DNA from: Callorhinchus milii
Taxonomy: Eukaryota
Assembly: GCF_018977255.1 (NCBI RefSeq)
Contig: NW_024704742.1
Coordinates: 80,974,001-81,038,000, forward strand
DNA length: 64,000 bases
Direction: 5' to 3'
The notes beneath the pieces are model-generated. The model was given only the letters and a program-made list of their open reading frames with translations. It was not told the DNA's origin and did no database searches. This document shows, piece after piece, positions 27,094 through 40,380 of the stretch (the first letter of the stretch is position 1; each line of letters begins with the position of its first letter). Both the position numbers and the translations under genes were made by a program.

Positions 27094-28060
27094 CATTCAG
27101 GTCCTGTCGATGAGAACTGGCTAAGGAACTGGACTACCGAGACTGCCACAGAGGGCTGACTTGATAATAATAATAATCCATGCATTTGATATAGCACTTT
27201 TCACATCTTTTAGACGTCTCAAAGTGCTTCACAGAACATACTGTAAAGTGAATTGACTGTATATTATCCTCCTTCAAGAACCATCTCAAGACCCTCCTCT
27301 TCAACCGTGCTTTCAATCACCCTGCATCCCCCTTTGCCCTCCACTATCCCCAATCCCGACCCCCAGCCCAGGTCCAAAACTCTGACTGTCCAGCACCTTG
27401 GGACATCCTCCCAGCATGAAAGATGTTTTACAAATGTAATTTTGCTGTTGTTGTTGCATTGTTACAGAAGTCAAAAATTTGGGCCCAGCAATCAGCATCA
27501 ACAGCCTGGAAATGTATTTGCATACAAATAAGATGTTCTTGCAAATGACTCACTTACAACAGAACAATACAGTAAGTAATGGTTGCATTCCAATCCTCAA
27601 TTCCCCAAACAAATTGGATTTGTACACAAGTGAGCTGTGCTCTGCTGTATAATATCACTTTCTGCATTGGATGAAGGACAATTGTGTAATATTATGCCCT
27701 TCATAAGATCCCATTTTGCATAATAAATCATTCTGCCAATGCGGAGTGGGTGTGCGCAGTTGTTACTTTCAATTATTGCAATAAAAGAAAGGGGAATACA
27801 ACATGACTAAAATAAATAAAACATTCACTGAAGGGTAAGAGAATATTACATGGCTAACATGACTTAATTTTTTAAAAACCAGCTCCTTCTGCCTCAGAGA
27901 AGTCAATGCAAGGTAGATTAATGTTTGAAGTGAAATAATTCCAGTATAAATTCTCTCAGAACTGTGAAAGAATCCCCTCAGTCTAATGGGGAACCCTGAA
28001 GAAGGAAAAAAGTGCATGTTATGACTAAACTCAATTAGCACATCAATAAACTTTTGAAAG

Positions 28061-28416
28061 TAATAATAATAATCCTTGCATTTGATATAGCGCCTTATCA
28101 CGTCTTCATGACGTCTCAAAGCGCTTCATAGAATATACTGTAAAGTGAATTGACTGTATATTTTGTGGGTAAAACCCGGCAGTCAATTGCACACAGGTGT
28201 GTCCCACAAACACTCGTGGATTGAGTGACCTAATTTTTTTTAAGGACTTATTACCCCTGGAAAAGTGATCCACCAATCGACAAACAACCAGGTTCCTACT
28301 TACTGCTAGGCAAACAGTGGCAGGTGGAGTAAGGAAATATGTCCGTCCTGCCGGAAATCAAAACCAGGTCTGTCGCTTGCGAGGCCAGTGTTCTAACCAC
28401 AGAGCTACAGGACTCC
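28061..28416 (-). mobile_element. tRNA-Ala-headed SINE, long variant, full length
   Basis: GGAGTCCTGTAGCTCTGTGGTTAGAACAC head, internal GCCTAGCAGTAAGTAGGAACC block, tail GAGACGTCATGAAGACGTGATAAGGCGC. Confidence 0.9.
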
Positions 28417-28844
28417 AGTAGAACCCAGTGTAGATATTCAGTTAGTGTGAGGTAGTACATTGGATATCGTGTTTGTTGATAACAATGTCCAATATATTGT
28501 ATTCTTGCTGCAGCCTTCCAGTTAAAAAAATGTTATTATCTAATAAATTTAAATACATTTTAAACTGGAAAAAACAAGTTCATTATAATTTTTTCAAATG
28601 TGTTTATGTTCTTCTTTCTTAGCAATGTGACAAGTTGCTGAGGACCCTTTTTATTCATGGCCAGTGGCCGTTGTTTTGTATCTTGGAGGTGGCGACCACA
28701 CAACACTGGGAAAAGTGACTGTTGTATCCTTGAAAATTAAATCATCATAAACTGCTGAGGTTTGCAGGTTATCTGCAGTTGTTCAGAGTGAATGCCAGTT
28801 CCTATCAGGAGCGGTTGCTTTAGAATTGTTCCTTTTCCTGAGTT

Positions 28845-29124
28845 CTTTTTTGGAGAGCCGGGTGTTTGACACATGCAGAAACTCATCACCGTGCTTAAGA
28901 GTATCCAAACCAAACTAAGGTTTCCATACATCCCACCTACACGTAGAAATCCCAGAGATAGATCGTTGGAATGGAATGCGCACTCTCTCTCTCTCTGGAG
29001 GGACGCTTCATGCTTACCTAAATCCAGAAAGTATTAGGCGCAGGTTGGCAAGAGCTAAGGCTTGGGGACTCCAGAGTGTGCGTTGGGGTACTGGAGTCCA
29101 TCCAGCTAAAACTGTATAGCTTTC
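28845..29124 (-). mobile_element. Unclassified poly(A) retroposon, copy C (5'-truncated)
   Basis: GCAGAAACTCATCACCGTGCTTAAGAGTATCCAAACCAAACT...GGCTTGGGGACTCCAGAGTGTGC shared with copies A, B and D. Confidence 0.75.
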
Positions 29125-29539
29125 CTGAGGTTGCCCCTCAGCGCTACTCTCCACAGCAGATAGGGCCATCTCAGCAACTCCTCAGCATCAAACACAATCA
29201 GCTCCAGCTGCCTAACAGAGCGCGCAAAGCAGCAAATGTGCAGAGGAGGACAACCCCCAAATCCAAGGCTGCAGACCCCAACCCTGTGAATACAACATAC
29301 AGATCCAGCTCCCTGGGATTGAGATCACGGACAGCTCCTAATTACACATAGATCCAACAGTGCATTGTGAAGGTTCAAAACACACACACACCACCATCTG
29401 TTTGTTGTAATGTTTACCCTTGGCTTGCAACATCATAGATTTTATTATTTTTAATTATTTATAAAAAAGGATTATAATAAATTATAGTCAGAAATATCGG
29501 GCCACTGATACCAACTGAGTCTATATGCCTCGTATCCTA

Positions 29540-29715
29540 TTACAACGTATAGCATGCCCATCAGGGACCTTTGCTTAATCAGAGAACAACAGAAGTTTTG
29601 ACTTGTAATAAAAGGGAAGGGGCGAGAAAACATGTGCCAAACTCTGTAGAAAGCTGAGCTGACATCTATAATAATGTTACCATAAGGAGTATCCTGACTG
29701 TCATCATTCATCATG
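29540..29715 (-). mobile_element. Possible very old reverse-transcriptase fragment
   Basis: IIIDVSSAFYRVWH resembles the non-LTR RT motif hhDhSKAFDxVWH; flanks are poorly conserved. Confidence 0.3.
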
Positions 29716-30484
29716 TTCTGCTATTAATTGTCACTTTCTGTTACAGCATAAAACTTGTCAAACAAAGATCAGCAAGTAGAGACTACAAAATCCTTTCTGT
29801 TATTTTGTTATTTTCTTTTCTTTTGCATGGCATAAAACTACAATTTTATGCTGGAGATCATAAATAGGGATTTAACTTGATACAAATTAAGAATTTGGCA
29901 TTTGTTAGGTTAAAGGATTTTTATTCCTGAGGATAAAATATTTCTAAAATCCCATTCATTTTTTAAAATGTTTTTTCAATTCGGTATTTCTGATGATTTT
30001 TGCCTTGAATTGGCATTTGATATGATCAATTCCTCTGCAGACAACAACATGTTGATAATATTGAGTAACACAAGCTAAGATGCATTATCCCTACATTTGG
30101 AATACTTTGTGGCACAAAAGGACAGACATTAATAATGATGATATTTAATGCAAGTTGTATTATTATTTATTATGTCCATCAGCAGTCCTATTGCGCTAGT
30201 GCAGTAAAGAGAACAAATAAGAGTTATAAAGTTAAAACAGTGGGGTGAATATGGCAGTATTCCTTATCCACTTCCATTGTTTATAATGCTCAGGAATAGG
30301 TAATGGATGGAATTGGTTTAGACGTATTACAGCAAATAATCTGAACCTGCGATTTTTAGGATTTTCATGATGTTACTAATTCACAAGTAATGCAAATCTT
30401 TTTAAATCAGTTCCACACAGTGCTGAAGAACTGGAATGCTTCTGATAACAATGGAAAGTGGATGGATGTTTCTTTTAAGGTAAG

Positions 30485-30864
30485 AATAATTACAATAATC
30501 CTTGCATTTGATATAGTGCCTCATCACATCTTCAAGATGTCTCAAAGCACTTCACAGAAATACTGCAAAGTGAATTGACTGTGTATTTCATGGACGAAAT
30601 GCAGCAGCCAATTGCGCACAGCAGTGTACCACAAATAATCGTGGATTGAGTGACCAAATTATTATCTTACTTTTATTTTGAAGGGATTATTACCCCCGGA
30701 AAAGCGATCTGCCAATCGACTAACAACTGGGTTTCTACTTACTGCCAGGTGAACAGAGGCATGTAGAGTAAGGAAACTTGCCCAACGTTTCGCCCTGCTG
30801 GGAATCGAACCCAAGTCCTCCCGCTTGTGAGGTGAGTGTGCTAACCACTAAGCTACAGGACTTC
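30485..30864 (-). mobile_element. tRNA-Ala-headed SINE, long variant, full length
   Basis: AGTCCTGTAGCTTAGTGGTTAGCACAC...GGGTTCGATTCCC head, long internal block, L2-type tail. Confidence 0.9.
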
Positions 30865-31107
30865 ACAACCTCACAAATCATTCCATTTGCTTTGTATTAA
30901 ACAGCTGTCAGCTCATAACTTTATGTCAGCTTAGATATCGGAGTTCCGAGTACCGTGATAAGGGGAAGGTAACATTTATTATAGGTACTTTACGTTCAAT
31001 ACTATAGAACAAGTTAAAAGCTGTCACTTACTCTTAAGTTTTGGATGTCATTCATAATGATTTAATTTCACTTACCTACTCAGTTTAGGCTGTCACCTTA
31101 TCATGGT

Positions 31108-31409
31108 GGAGTCCTGTAGCTCAGTGGTTAGAGCACTCGCTTTGCAAGCGAGAGACCTGAGTTCAATTCCAGGCAGGGCGAAACCTTGGGCAAGTTTCCT
31201 TACTCCACACGCCTAATAATAATCCCTCCAAAACCAAAAACAATAATAAAATTGGTCATTTTCAATCCATGACTGTTTGTGGGACATTGCTGTGCGCAAT
31301 TGGCTGCCGCGTTCGCCCACAAATATACAGTCAATTCACTTTACAGTGTGTTCTGTGAAGCGCTTTGGGACGTCCTTCCGACGTGAAAAGCGCTATATCA
31401 AATGCAAGG

Positions 31410-31446
<37 letters not shown>
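31108..31446 (+). mobile_element. tRNA-Ala-headed SINE, short young variant, full length
   Basis: A box TAGCTCAGTGG, anticodon arm CTCGC-TTTGCAA-GCGAG (TGC), B box GTTCAATTCC, long (TTA)n tail. Possible TSD TTATCAT at 31098-31104 and 31444-31450. Confidence 0.95.
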
Positions 31447-31447
<1 letters not shown>

Positions 31448-31631
31448 CATTCACTCCCAGGATACATTATTCTACATTCATTATTTTCTATTTTCACCAA
31501 TAACATTTATTTTGTTGAGATATTAAGACTGTTGGTTTTGTTTTTGGATATATACAGACTGACATTATACAAACAAGCCCTTTCTGTTTTGATTTAAATG
31601 AAATATCACAGCTCCTTCAAACAGACAAAGG

Positions 31632-31885
31632 GCAGCCTGGCTCAATTGGTAACACACTAACCTCTGAGTCCCACGTCAGGACTTTGAACTCAAAGTCTAG
31701 GCTGACCCTCCAATAAAGTGCTGGGGATGTGTTGCATTGTTCTGAGGTGCCGTCCTTCAGATGAGATGTTAAACTGAGATCTTGTCTGCCTATTTAGGTG
31801 GCTGATAAAGTTTCTTTGGCACTATTCAAAAAGAGAAGGAAATTTCTCCCAGTATCCTGGCCCACATTCCTCCAAATAAAAATTG
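31632..31885 (+). mobile_element. Deu-domain SINE fragment
   Basis: GCAGCCTGGCTCAATTGGTAACAC...GGTGCCGTCCTTCAGATGAGATGTTAAACTGAG...GGCACTATTC. Confidence 0.8.
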
Positions 31886-32253
31886 TCAGAGCAAACAGCG
31901 GCAAGAATACAAACAAAACGACTAAGTAAGACCCCAGAGTCCCTAGAGTGCTGGATCAGTATCTAGTTACATTACTGAGCAATCCTACCACAGGCAGCAA
32001 GCACACTGGACTGTTTCTACATCTTTCCAGCAAGAAAACCCACAGAGCAGTGGTGTCATTAGCAAAGAGAGTACTTTGCTCCAGTCACTTATCTATGGAA
32101 TCTTTCAATGTATGCTTGTGCTTATAAAGATTCACTACTCACAAGGTTAAAGTTTGCAAATCTGTTTCCGTGCCATATCATTCCATATAATTCTATGGAA
32201 ATGGAACAGAATAACATGCTAGAATATTATTTCTAATTATACAGACTTCACAC

Positions 32254-32254
<1 letters not shown>

Positions 32255-32285
<31 letters not shown>

Positions 32286-32590
32286 CCTTGCATTTGATAT
32301 AGCGCTTTTCACGTCAGGAGGACGTCCCAAAGCGCTTCACAGAACACACTGTAAAGTGAATTGACTGTATATTTGTGGGCGAACGCGGCAGCCAATTGCG
32401 CACAGCAATGTCCCACAAACAGTCGTAGATTGAATATGACCAATTTATTATTGTTTTGGTTTTGGAGGGATTATTATTAGGCTCTGTGTGGAGTAAGGAA
32501 ACTTGCCCAAGGTTTCGCCCTCTGCCTGGAATTGAACTCAGGTCTCTCGCTTGCAAAGCGAGTGCTCTAACCACTGAGCTACAGGACCCC
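32255..32590 (-). mobile_element. tRNA-Ala-headed SINE, short young variant, full length
   Basis: Near-identical to the 31108 and 46503 copies; its extreme 5' end is locally duplicated at 32591-32600. Confidence 0.95.
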
Positions 32591-32928
32591 ACGGACCCCA
32601 ATTAAATTGTCTAGTGAAATATTTGACTTGTATGTAACGATTTATTTCAAAGAATCCTAATAAGTCGACCCATACTTTCTTTCATGTTCCAATTATTTGC
32701 CCATTTCTTTAAGAGATCGAAACATGGCAGCACCGGAAAAATTAAGCAAAATGCCCGTTGAGATTGTAAGATGGGAAATTACTTGTGAATTAATAAATAG
32801 AAAACCTTGTAATGAAAGTACGCAATTGACCGTTTAGTTCAGTATGTTAGATCAGTTTCGCCAGTGGCCCTAGAAAGCTATATACATTGAAATGGGTTCT
32901 ATTCCATTGTTTTTTGCACTTGCTGCAT

Positions 32929-32963
<35 letters not shown>

Positions 32964-33426
32964 CCTTGCATTTGATATAGCGCTTTTCACGACAATTCAG
33001 ACAGCCCTATCCCCATGGCAAGAGACCTTACCATACAATATTCAGTGCTTTCTGAGCTGGTGATATTCTCTGTTACACATTTCATTAAAAATTGAATAAA
33101 GCTCCAAATGAAAACTATCTTTAAAGTTACTAATAACAATCCTTGCTTTTGGTATAGCGCCTTTGACATTGGGAGGATGTTTCAAAGCTCTTCACAGGAT
33201 TTACTGTGAAGTAGAGTAACTGTATTTGTAACCGACCATGACAGCCCATTTTTGCACAGCGATATCCCACATACAGCCATGAAAACAAGTAACAGATATC
33301 TTAACAGATTCATTCAAGAAAATGTGATTTATTTTTAGATTCTGTGCAAGCACAGTTTTAGCTGCTGTTTGAACCACTATCCTCTTTGGAACTTCAATTT
33401 TTAGGTGAGACTTATTGAATTCTATT

Positions 33427-33488
33427 TTGGTTTGGATACTTTTAAGCATGGTTATGGGTTTCTGCATCAGACAATCGGCTGAAAAAAA
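33427..33488 (+). mobile_element. Unclassified poly(A) retroposon, copy E (3' tip only)
   Basis: TTGGTTTGGATACTTTTAAGCATGGTTATGGGTTTCTGCA-TCAG-ACAATCGG-CTG followed by AAAAAAA. Confidence 0.7.
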
Positions 33489-33924
33489 TTCTCTTTTCCT
33501 GACCAATCTCTTTAAGTTGTCAGTTGTCATGTTGCAGGCAGGAGCAGTCTCTTCTTCATGTACTCTCACCACTCACACAAGGCAGCATGATTAATACCAT
33601 ATTATCTTTCCAAGTTCATAAATTACTCTCCTTGGTTGAGGTTGAATATACTCCATTCAGTTGGACAGGTCTTGCACTACAATTAAAATAATTTCAAAGA
33701 CACATAGTTGGATTGAGTTACAGCCTGTCATAGATGACAAAAATTATATTGTGTTTGCTTGCACAGCAACTTTTTTTTGGCAAATTTCTCTTTGAGTGTT
33801 TTCTTTCAGTGAGACTCTCCTGGTTTTCATTGATTGCTTTTATTTTCATTTTGTTTTTCTTGTTTGTGTTCCACACAATAAACATTGAAATGTTACTGGG
33901 TCACATTCTGACATGTATTCCTTT

Positions 33925-34345
33925 TGTGGCTCAGTTGGTATCACTCTCGCCTCTGAGTTGGAAGGTTGCAGGTTCAAGACCCACATCAGCCTTTGAACCA
34001 GTGTTGTCTAAGCTGGCACTCCAATGCAGTGCTCAGGGTGTATTACAATTTTTGGTGGTTTCAATCTTTGGGTGAGGTATTAAACTGAGGCTCCAACTGC
34101 CTGTTCAGGTGGATGTTAAAGATTCCATGGTACTATTCAAAAAAGTAAAGGGTGTTTCTTCCGATGGCCTGACCAACAATCCCCCAAATAAAATTGATCA
34201 TTCACTTCATGGCTGTGTGTGGGACATTGGTGTATGCAGATTGGCTGCTGTGTCTATCCACAAAAGACACACATTGTCACTGCACTTTACAGTATAATCT
34301 GGGAAACTCTTTCGGACATCCTTCTAATGTGAAAGGTGCTGTACC
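33925..34345 (+). mobile_element. Deu-domain SINE, near full length
   Basis: TGTGGCTCAGTTGGTATCACTCTCGCCTCTGAG head; TTAAACTGAGG...AAAGATTCCATGG core; L2-type tail. Confidence 0.85.
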
Positions 34346-37300
34346 AAAAAAAGGTGTAGTACTTGAATCCATGATATAATACTTGCAACTATCTTATTTG
34401 AAAAAGCAATTTGTATCAACTCGGTCCTTGATACTATATCGATCAACTAAAGAGTTGAATCATTCTGTACAGTGTTGGTTGGATGTACTGTTGAGATCCT
34501 TGGGGAGTAAAGAGCTAAATCTTCTATTACCACTATCAAGGTTGAAATGAGCAATCTCTGAAAATGAAATTCATTAAAGTGACACTTGTTCTCTGGGTCG
34601 GAAGGTTGTGGGTTGAAGCCCCATTTCAATGTTGAGACTTACATTCGGCTAACAGGAAAGGAGTGTGAGAAATTTGTCAGATGTTGTTTTCTGTTCCAGA
34701 TTACTGTTCTCTGTTCCAGAAACTAGTTTGTCCTGGTCAACATCTTCTAGATAATTTCCTTATTCACCTCAAGGTCGTACCTCTGTCTGTCCAGCACCTT
34801 GGGATGTCCTCCCGACGTGAAAGGTGTTATACAAATGTAATTATGTTGTTATTGTTGTTGTTTTTGGACTTTGCTGTTGCTGAATAGGTGTCTAAATCTT
34901 CACTTTCAAATGCCTCCATGGCCTCGTCCCACCCTACCCCATCTTACCCCACCCTACCCATGCAAACTGAAGAAACCGTACTGCTCTGGACGCTCCCTCT
35001 ATTTAGCAAACACTTAATTCTTTCACCCATCCTTCCCATAATCAGCGTATGAGCTTTCACCCATTCTGCCTCCATTCTCTAAAACTCTATCCTGGAGTCC
35101 CTCTGCCTTGTCCCCTTCAACTCTGCTCCTTCTATACCTATCTGATAACCCTTCTCTTGGACTGTGCTTTCAGCCATCTTTCTCCCTCTTTGTCTCACAT
35201 AGGAACATATGAACAGGAAGAGGCCGTTCAGCCCTTCGAGCCTGTTCCGTCATTTAATTAGATCACAGTCGATCTGTACCTCAATTAATCCTTTCATTTC
35301 CAATTTCCCACTTTCTCCCCATGTCCCTTAATACCTGACCTACCAAAAAAGTCTCAGCTCCTCCCTTAGCTCGGCATCCCACTAAGCTGTGTGAACAGCT
35401 TTGAAAAATCCTCCCAACCTGAAAGGCACTATATAAATGTAAATTTTTGTTGCTATATTTGACTAGACAAATGCAGACACTATATTTGATGATAATTACT
35501 GAAGCACACTTTGAGATGTTTGAATATACAGTATATAGTGTCATATATATTCAAGTTCCCAGTGAGAAGTCGTTGATTTACTAAGATGTGTTTAAAACAT
35601 ATTAGACAGACAGAATGATATTCAGGGTGAAAAAATACTTTATCATAATCAATGAGTGAGGCAACCAAAAGCTATAAGGAATAACTACTAAATGTCACAG
35701 AAATAAATGTATTTTATTTAGTCATAAAAAGTACGGGAGTGGAAGAATTGGTTTATAGTAAATAATTCAGATGTTGCTTTATAAATAAGGTAGCTGGTCA
35801 TTTTCATTTCCTAATTATATTAGGAGATTCAAGACAACCTAATATATTAGTGATGTATGTCTAGAAATGTCAAGTCTTTTGCATTGATAAGCTTTTCAAC
35901 ATTGAATTGATTTCCATCCAGGTTTGGGAACAGCCTTCAGAGAACGGATAATGCTCACAATACTATGTAAAATAAATTTGCAAAATTGCGATGTGAAATA
36001 CGATAATAGTGATGTTGCTGTACACTATCTCATTAACCAGCAATCCAGTGCCACAATCTGAAGGGTGTCTGGCATCTGAGTGAAATGATTACAGGCAGTT
36101 CAAAGATTCCCATGTCCATCACACCTGTAGGCCAGTCAATAATTTAACATGTTGACATGTCACTTTTCTCATCAATGTATTAGTTTGTACCATCCATGCT
36201 AATTAACGCATTTAGCAATTTTTGTCGCAAAGCTCACTGTGACTCTCAGTACAAATGTGTCAGATCTGTGCGCTTTTTCTCCAGTAATTTGTGTCCTTGT
36301 GATAATTCGATCAGCAATAGGGAATGGAATATGTACTACCTCTTGCACATAACAGCAGGATCAAGAACTTTTATGTCATCTGTAGCTTAGATTAGATGCA
36401 ATATAACATTTCCTCAATTTCAATGAGGGGAGTGAGCCAATAAGTTGAGTGCATTTTGCTGAAATGTGATTTCATGCAAATTTCTAATTACATACACATA
36501 ACTGTTCACTTGCTCTAGTAGTGAATGATTTGTTTTTCATTTATAATTGGAAATCCTATTACGAACACAGAACAACAATGTTGCTCGTGTTAGCAAACAT
36601 TAGATTCCCACAATGTGTCTCATCCCTAATCACAAAGAGCACCCTTGAATGCAACATTTCCTTTCCATTTCCCACTGAGAACATTTTATTCTTACAATGT
36701 GGGCATTCACTTAGTGGATTGAGTGTGATGAGACTGAACAAGCCCATTTCACTTTTACATAAAGTTGAGAGGATTTTTAGTCCATCAGTTTGGGCTCAGG
36801 TCTCAGAGGTCAAAGGATAGAGCTCTAACATACAGTTCTTAAGTGTCACATAACTTTACCCCATGTAGTGCTGAAACAATATTGTTCATGTACAGTTTAG
36901 CCGTACAGACTGCCAAGTGGCACTAGTAGACTAAAGTCCTGTTGAAAGCAAAATCAATCAGAACCAAGTATCAATATTTCTGTCTACACAAACTAACCAC
37001 AGTACACTAATCCACTTTAAAGCAGCTGAAATGGAGTCAGTAACTGCGGGTGGAATGGCAATGTACAATCCAAACCATAAAACATTTTGACAGGAGGAGG
37101 TCCATTTGGCCTCTTCTTTTCATGTTGGCATTCGCTTTTCTAAGAGGTATAATACCATTTCTCTACTTTTTCTCCATACCCTCTCATACACACAATAGTC
37201 CAGTTGATACCGATTTATCGTCACTTTCATACTTTTGTATAGAACGGCTCTGTATATGAAAACAGAATCCTATTTGCCCTTTTGATGGGCTTCTCTACAT

Positions 37301-37377
37301 GCAAACAGATCTTTGTATATTCATATGATTGACCTGCACAGACGTGTTGGGCCAAGTCACCTCATTCACTGAGATCA

Positions 37378-37539
37378 AAAACGCAGGATTTCTAAATAAA
37401 TTCCTACCTAAGAAATTCTGTTAGAACTCCCGCATTAAATCAACTTTGGATGTTGATTTCATTGATGCAGAGTTCCAGATGCTGGCATGACCTAATTTTG
37501 GTTCCACATGAAGGAATCTGCCTAGAAATCTAGCATTTT
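37378..37539. repeat. Imperfect ~160-bp nested palindrome (MITE-like)
   Basis: Outer arms 37378-37405 and 37512-37539, and inner arms 37424-37444 and 37452-37475, are imperfect reverse complements. Confidence 0.6.
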
Positions 37540-38389
37540 AAGTATTCCCCATGATTGACAACAGCGATGTCCAGTTTACCTTCCTGTTTGAAAATAACTT
37601 GAATTAATATTACATTGTTTATTTCAGTTCTCAAGACTAAAAAAAATCATATGGTATGACAACTTGTATCAATGGCAAGCTTTACAGATCGCTAAATAAC
37701 TTTTTGTCATTTAAGATTTGTATCAGTCTGTTAACAAAGCAAATTCTCTGCTTGGCTGTAAATAAACCACGTATTGTTGCAATATTCAGCTTTTGTATTG
37801 TAGCTTTCCATTAACAGGGAACTATGCTATTCCTACTTTATTATGCAATATATTCTTGGTAAGAGTAAATCACTGTGATCAGCTTGTGCTGCATACATTT
37901 CCATAGGACATTGTCACCAAATAATTAGAACAGCAATGCTTTGCCCCAAACTGTTCAGTGAGGTACTCCAGTGGGTAATTGAGCCAAACAAATGAATAAA
38001 AATCCCATTCAATTCTCAATCCATGATGAGTAAACTGATCTCAGATGGACAGCATTTTCGACTGGTTGCCAGGTAGAGTGATTGAGACCACAACATGACT
38101 CATTAAAAAAGCAACTTGATGCTGTAATGGGAGGACAGTAGAGTAGATGTTCTGAAGGGATGAAATCAGCTGGGCTGAAGGCCCAATTTTGTGATCTTGT
38201 GAAGTGAGTTGAAATTGGCCTTAGCCCCTTGATTAAGGAGGGAAAATCACCCAGGATTCCCTTCCTTGACTGATATACATTCACCTACTAAACTTTAGGG
38301 TTAATCCTGTGAAGCACATTAAGACATCTGGATGATATGGTAAGACACTATATCAATTGCAAGAATGATTCTTATTGTAAAGTCAGTCA

Positions 38390-38700
38390 CTGTGTATATT
38401 CTGTAGGCAAATATGGCAGCTAATTTCCACACAGCAATGTCCCACAAACAGCCATAAAGTGAATTACCAATTTGATCTGTGGGATTGTTGGCCAGAACAA
38501 TGGGAGAATCTTCCTTTTCTTTCCGAGTAGTGCCATGGGATCTTTCATATCCATCTCAAACAAGCAGACAAAACATCAGTTTAACATTTAATCCAAAGGC
38601 GTGTAAGCCTGGACTATATAGATCAACATCCTGACATGGGACTTGAACCCACAACCTTCTGACTCAGATGCGAGAGTGCTACAAACTGAACCAGGTTGAT
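38390..38700 (-). mobile_element. Deu-domain SINE
   Basis: Plus strand: cacagcaatgtcccacaaacagcc...tagtgccatgggatcttt...cttgaacccacaaccttctgactcaga. Confidence 0.85.
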
Positions 38701-40380
38701 ACAATAAGGCACTATCAATATTACAAATTATTTCTGGGAGGGGGAAATCTAAGAAGAAAGACTTTTCAGAGAGGGTGAAAATCGTATGAAATTCTGACCT
38801 GAGGTCCTGGTGAAATTGTATCTGGTAACTTACTCAACATATCACAATAATAATGAATCTGGTAAAACATAATTGTTTTATATAGTCTATATATTCTATA
38901 TATAACTATATACATTCTGTCATATAGTTAGACTGCGAAAAGTTTCAGTATGGGTTGGATTAATAAAGCAATCGATTTGAAAGGCAGGTAGGATGGGCTG
39001 ATTTTAATTGAAAGTGCCCCACTTAGTCGTTCCAGTAGTTTCACTTCCGCTGCATCAAACTGCAGTTTTCAAAACATTTTAACTATTTAGCTGATGCTGG
39101 GTGTAGTCTGCGGGTGTTGATGACTAAGCAAAACTTTGGGGTTTCAATTAGTGATACTTCTGCAGTGCCACAGCAGTGAAGAAACACCATTGAAGATCGA
39201 ATTTCAGATTCATCATCTGGAGTGCACATTATATAGAGGGAACAGATATCCCAAACTTATGTCTTTCGTGTTGAAAGAACTGAAACCAATTAAGTTTATT
39301 TAGTTAAATGTCAAGATAACTGTGTTGTAGAAATGAAATATCATCTAGAAACACTTACTATGTAACGCTATCGATTAAATTCAAGGTAGTGAAAATGATT
39401 TCAGGCAAGTACGCTAATCGTATTTGTTATGAAAGTCTCAGCAGGCAAATTCTATTCTTAACTTAAAGTTCCAGAAATAGTGGCAATACAATACAATTTT
39501 TCCTCTGACTTACTCCCTCCTTCACCTCATGCAAGCTCTGTCTCAAGAACTCCCTTAATGAGCGTGCTTTTGGTCATCTTTCCCCTTCCCTCCCCTCTTG
39601 ACTCCCACATCCAGCTCGGCTACAAAGCCAATATTGTTATGCCCTTTGGGACCTCCTCCCGATGTGAAAGGCAATGACCAAATGCAAATTCGTATTGTTT
39701 TATATTGTAACACAAATTACCCTTCTATGGTGCTTTTCATGCCAGGAGGACTTCTCAAAGGGTTTGATAATGTTGGCCCCAACACCCAACCTGGGGTGAG
39801 AGCCATGGTGGGGGGTGGTTATCGAACGGAAAGATAAACCAAATCACGGTCAAAGAAGCAAATTTTGAGATGGGTCTTGAATGAGAGAAGCGGAGACATG
39901 GACACAATTTAAAAGCACATACTCTGTTTTTTATCCATGCTCCAGGACTCCAGAATAGTCTGGAAGCACAAGGTAAAAGTGATGTAAGTATGGCAGAATG
40001 TGCTTTAGAGCACCTTATTCATTAACCTAACAGGATAAAAGCTTAACCGCAGCAAAAACACCATAGCTTGGTCACCCAGTACCATTATAGGATTTGGACT
40101 AAGGTAAATGGTAATGCCTGTGCACAGAGGATTATTTTAATGGATATTGCCATTTTCAAAGGCACCACTGTGAACACAAAGTGACCAAATTGGATGAAAT
40201 ATGGCTATATCAATCAAAGTTAAAGCTAGACTTTCTTTAAAGTCTCTGGGAAAGATATTGTGATACACGGTAGCTGGGATGATAGGGAAGTCTGCAAAAT
40301 CATTGCATCAAAGCAAGCATCAAGTCCTCGGAAACAGCCGTCTGAGCTCTCAGCATCAAAACACAAGACTATTTTATTTC

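Noticed and set aside
30411..30479. Candidate 69-nt exon (FHTVLKNWNASDNNGKWMDVSFK) with an AAG|GTAAGA donor
   Set aside because: The acceptor is weak, the donor abuts a SINE tail, and the peptide is not recognised.
31108..31180. tRNA-Ala(TGC) gene (also at 32255-32590, 46503-46820 and others)
   Set aside because: A/B boxes and an anticodon arm are present, but there is no proper acceptor stem or terminator, and each head continues into a SINE body and tail.
31277..31597. Recurrent ORFs with RNWLPR...KRYIKCKDYYYY as a small protein family
   Set aside because: These are translations of the SINE body and its (TTA)n tail.
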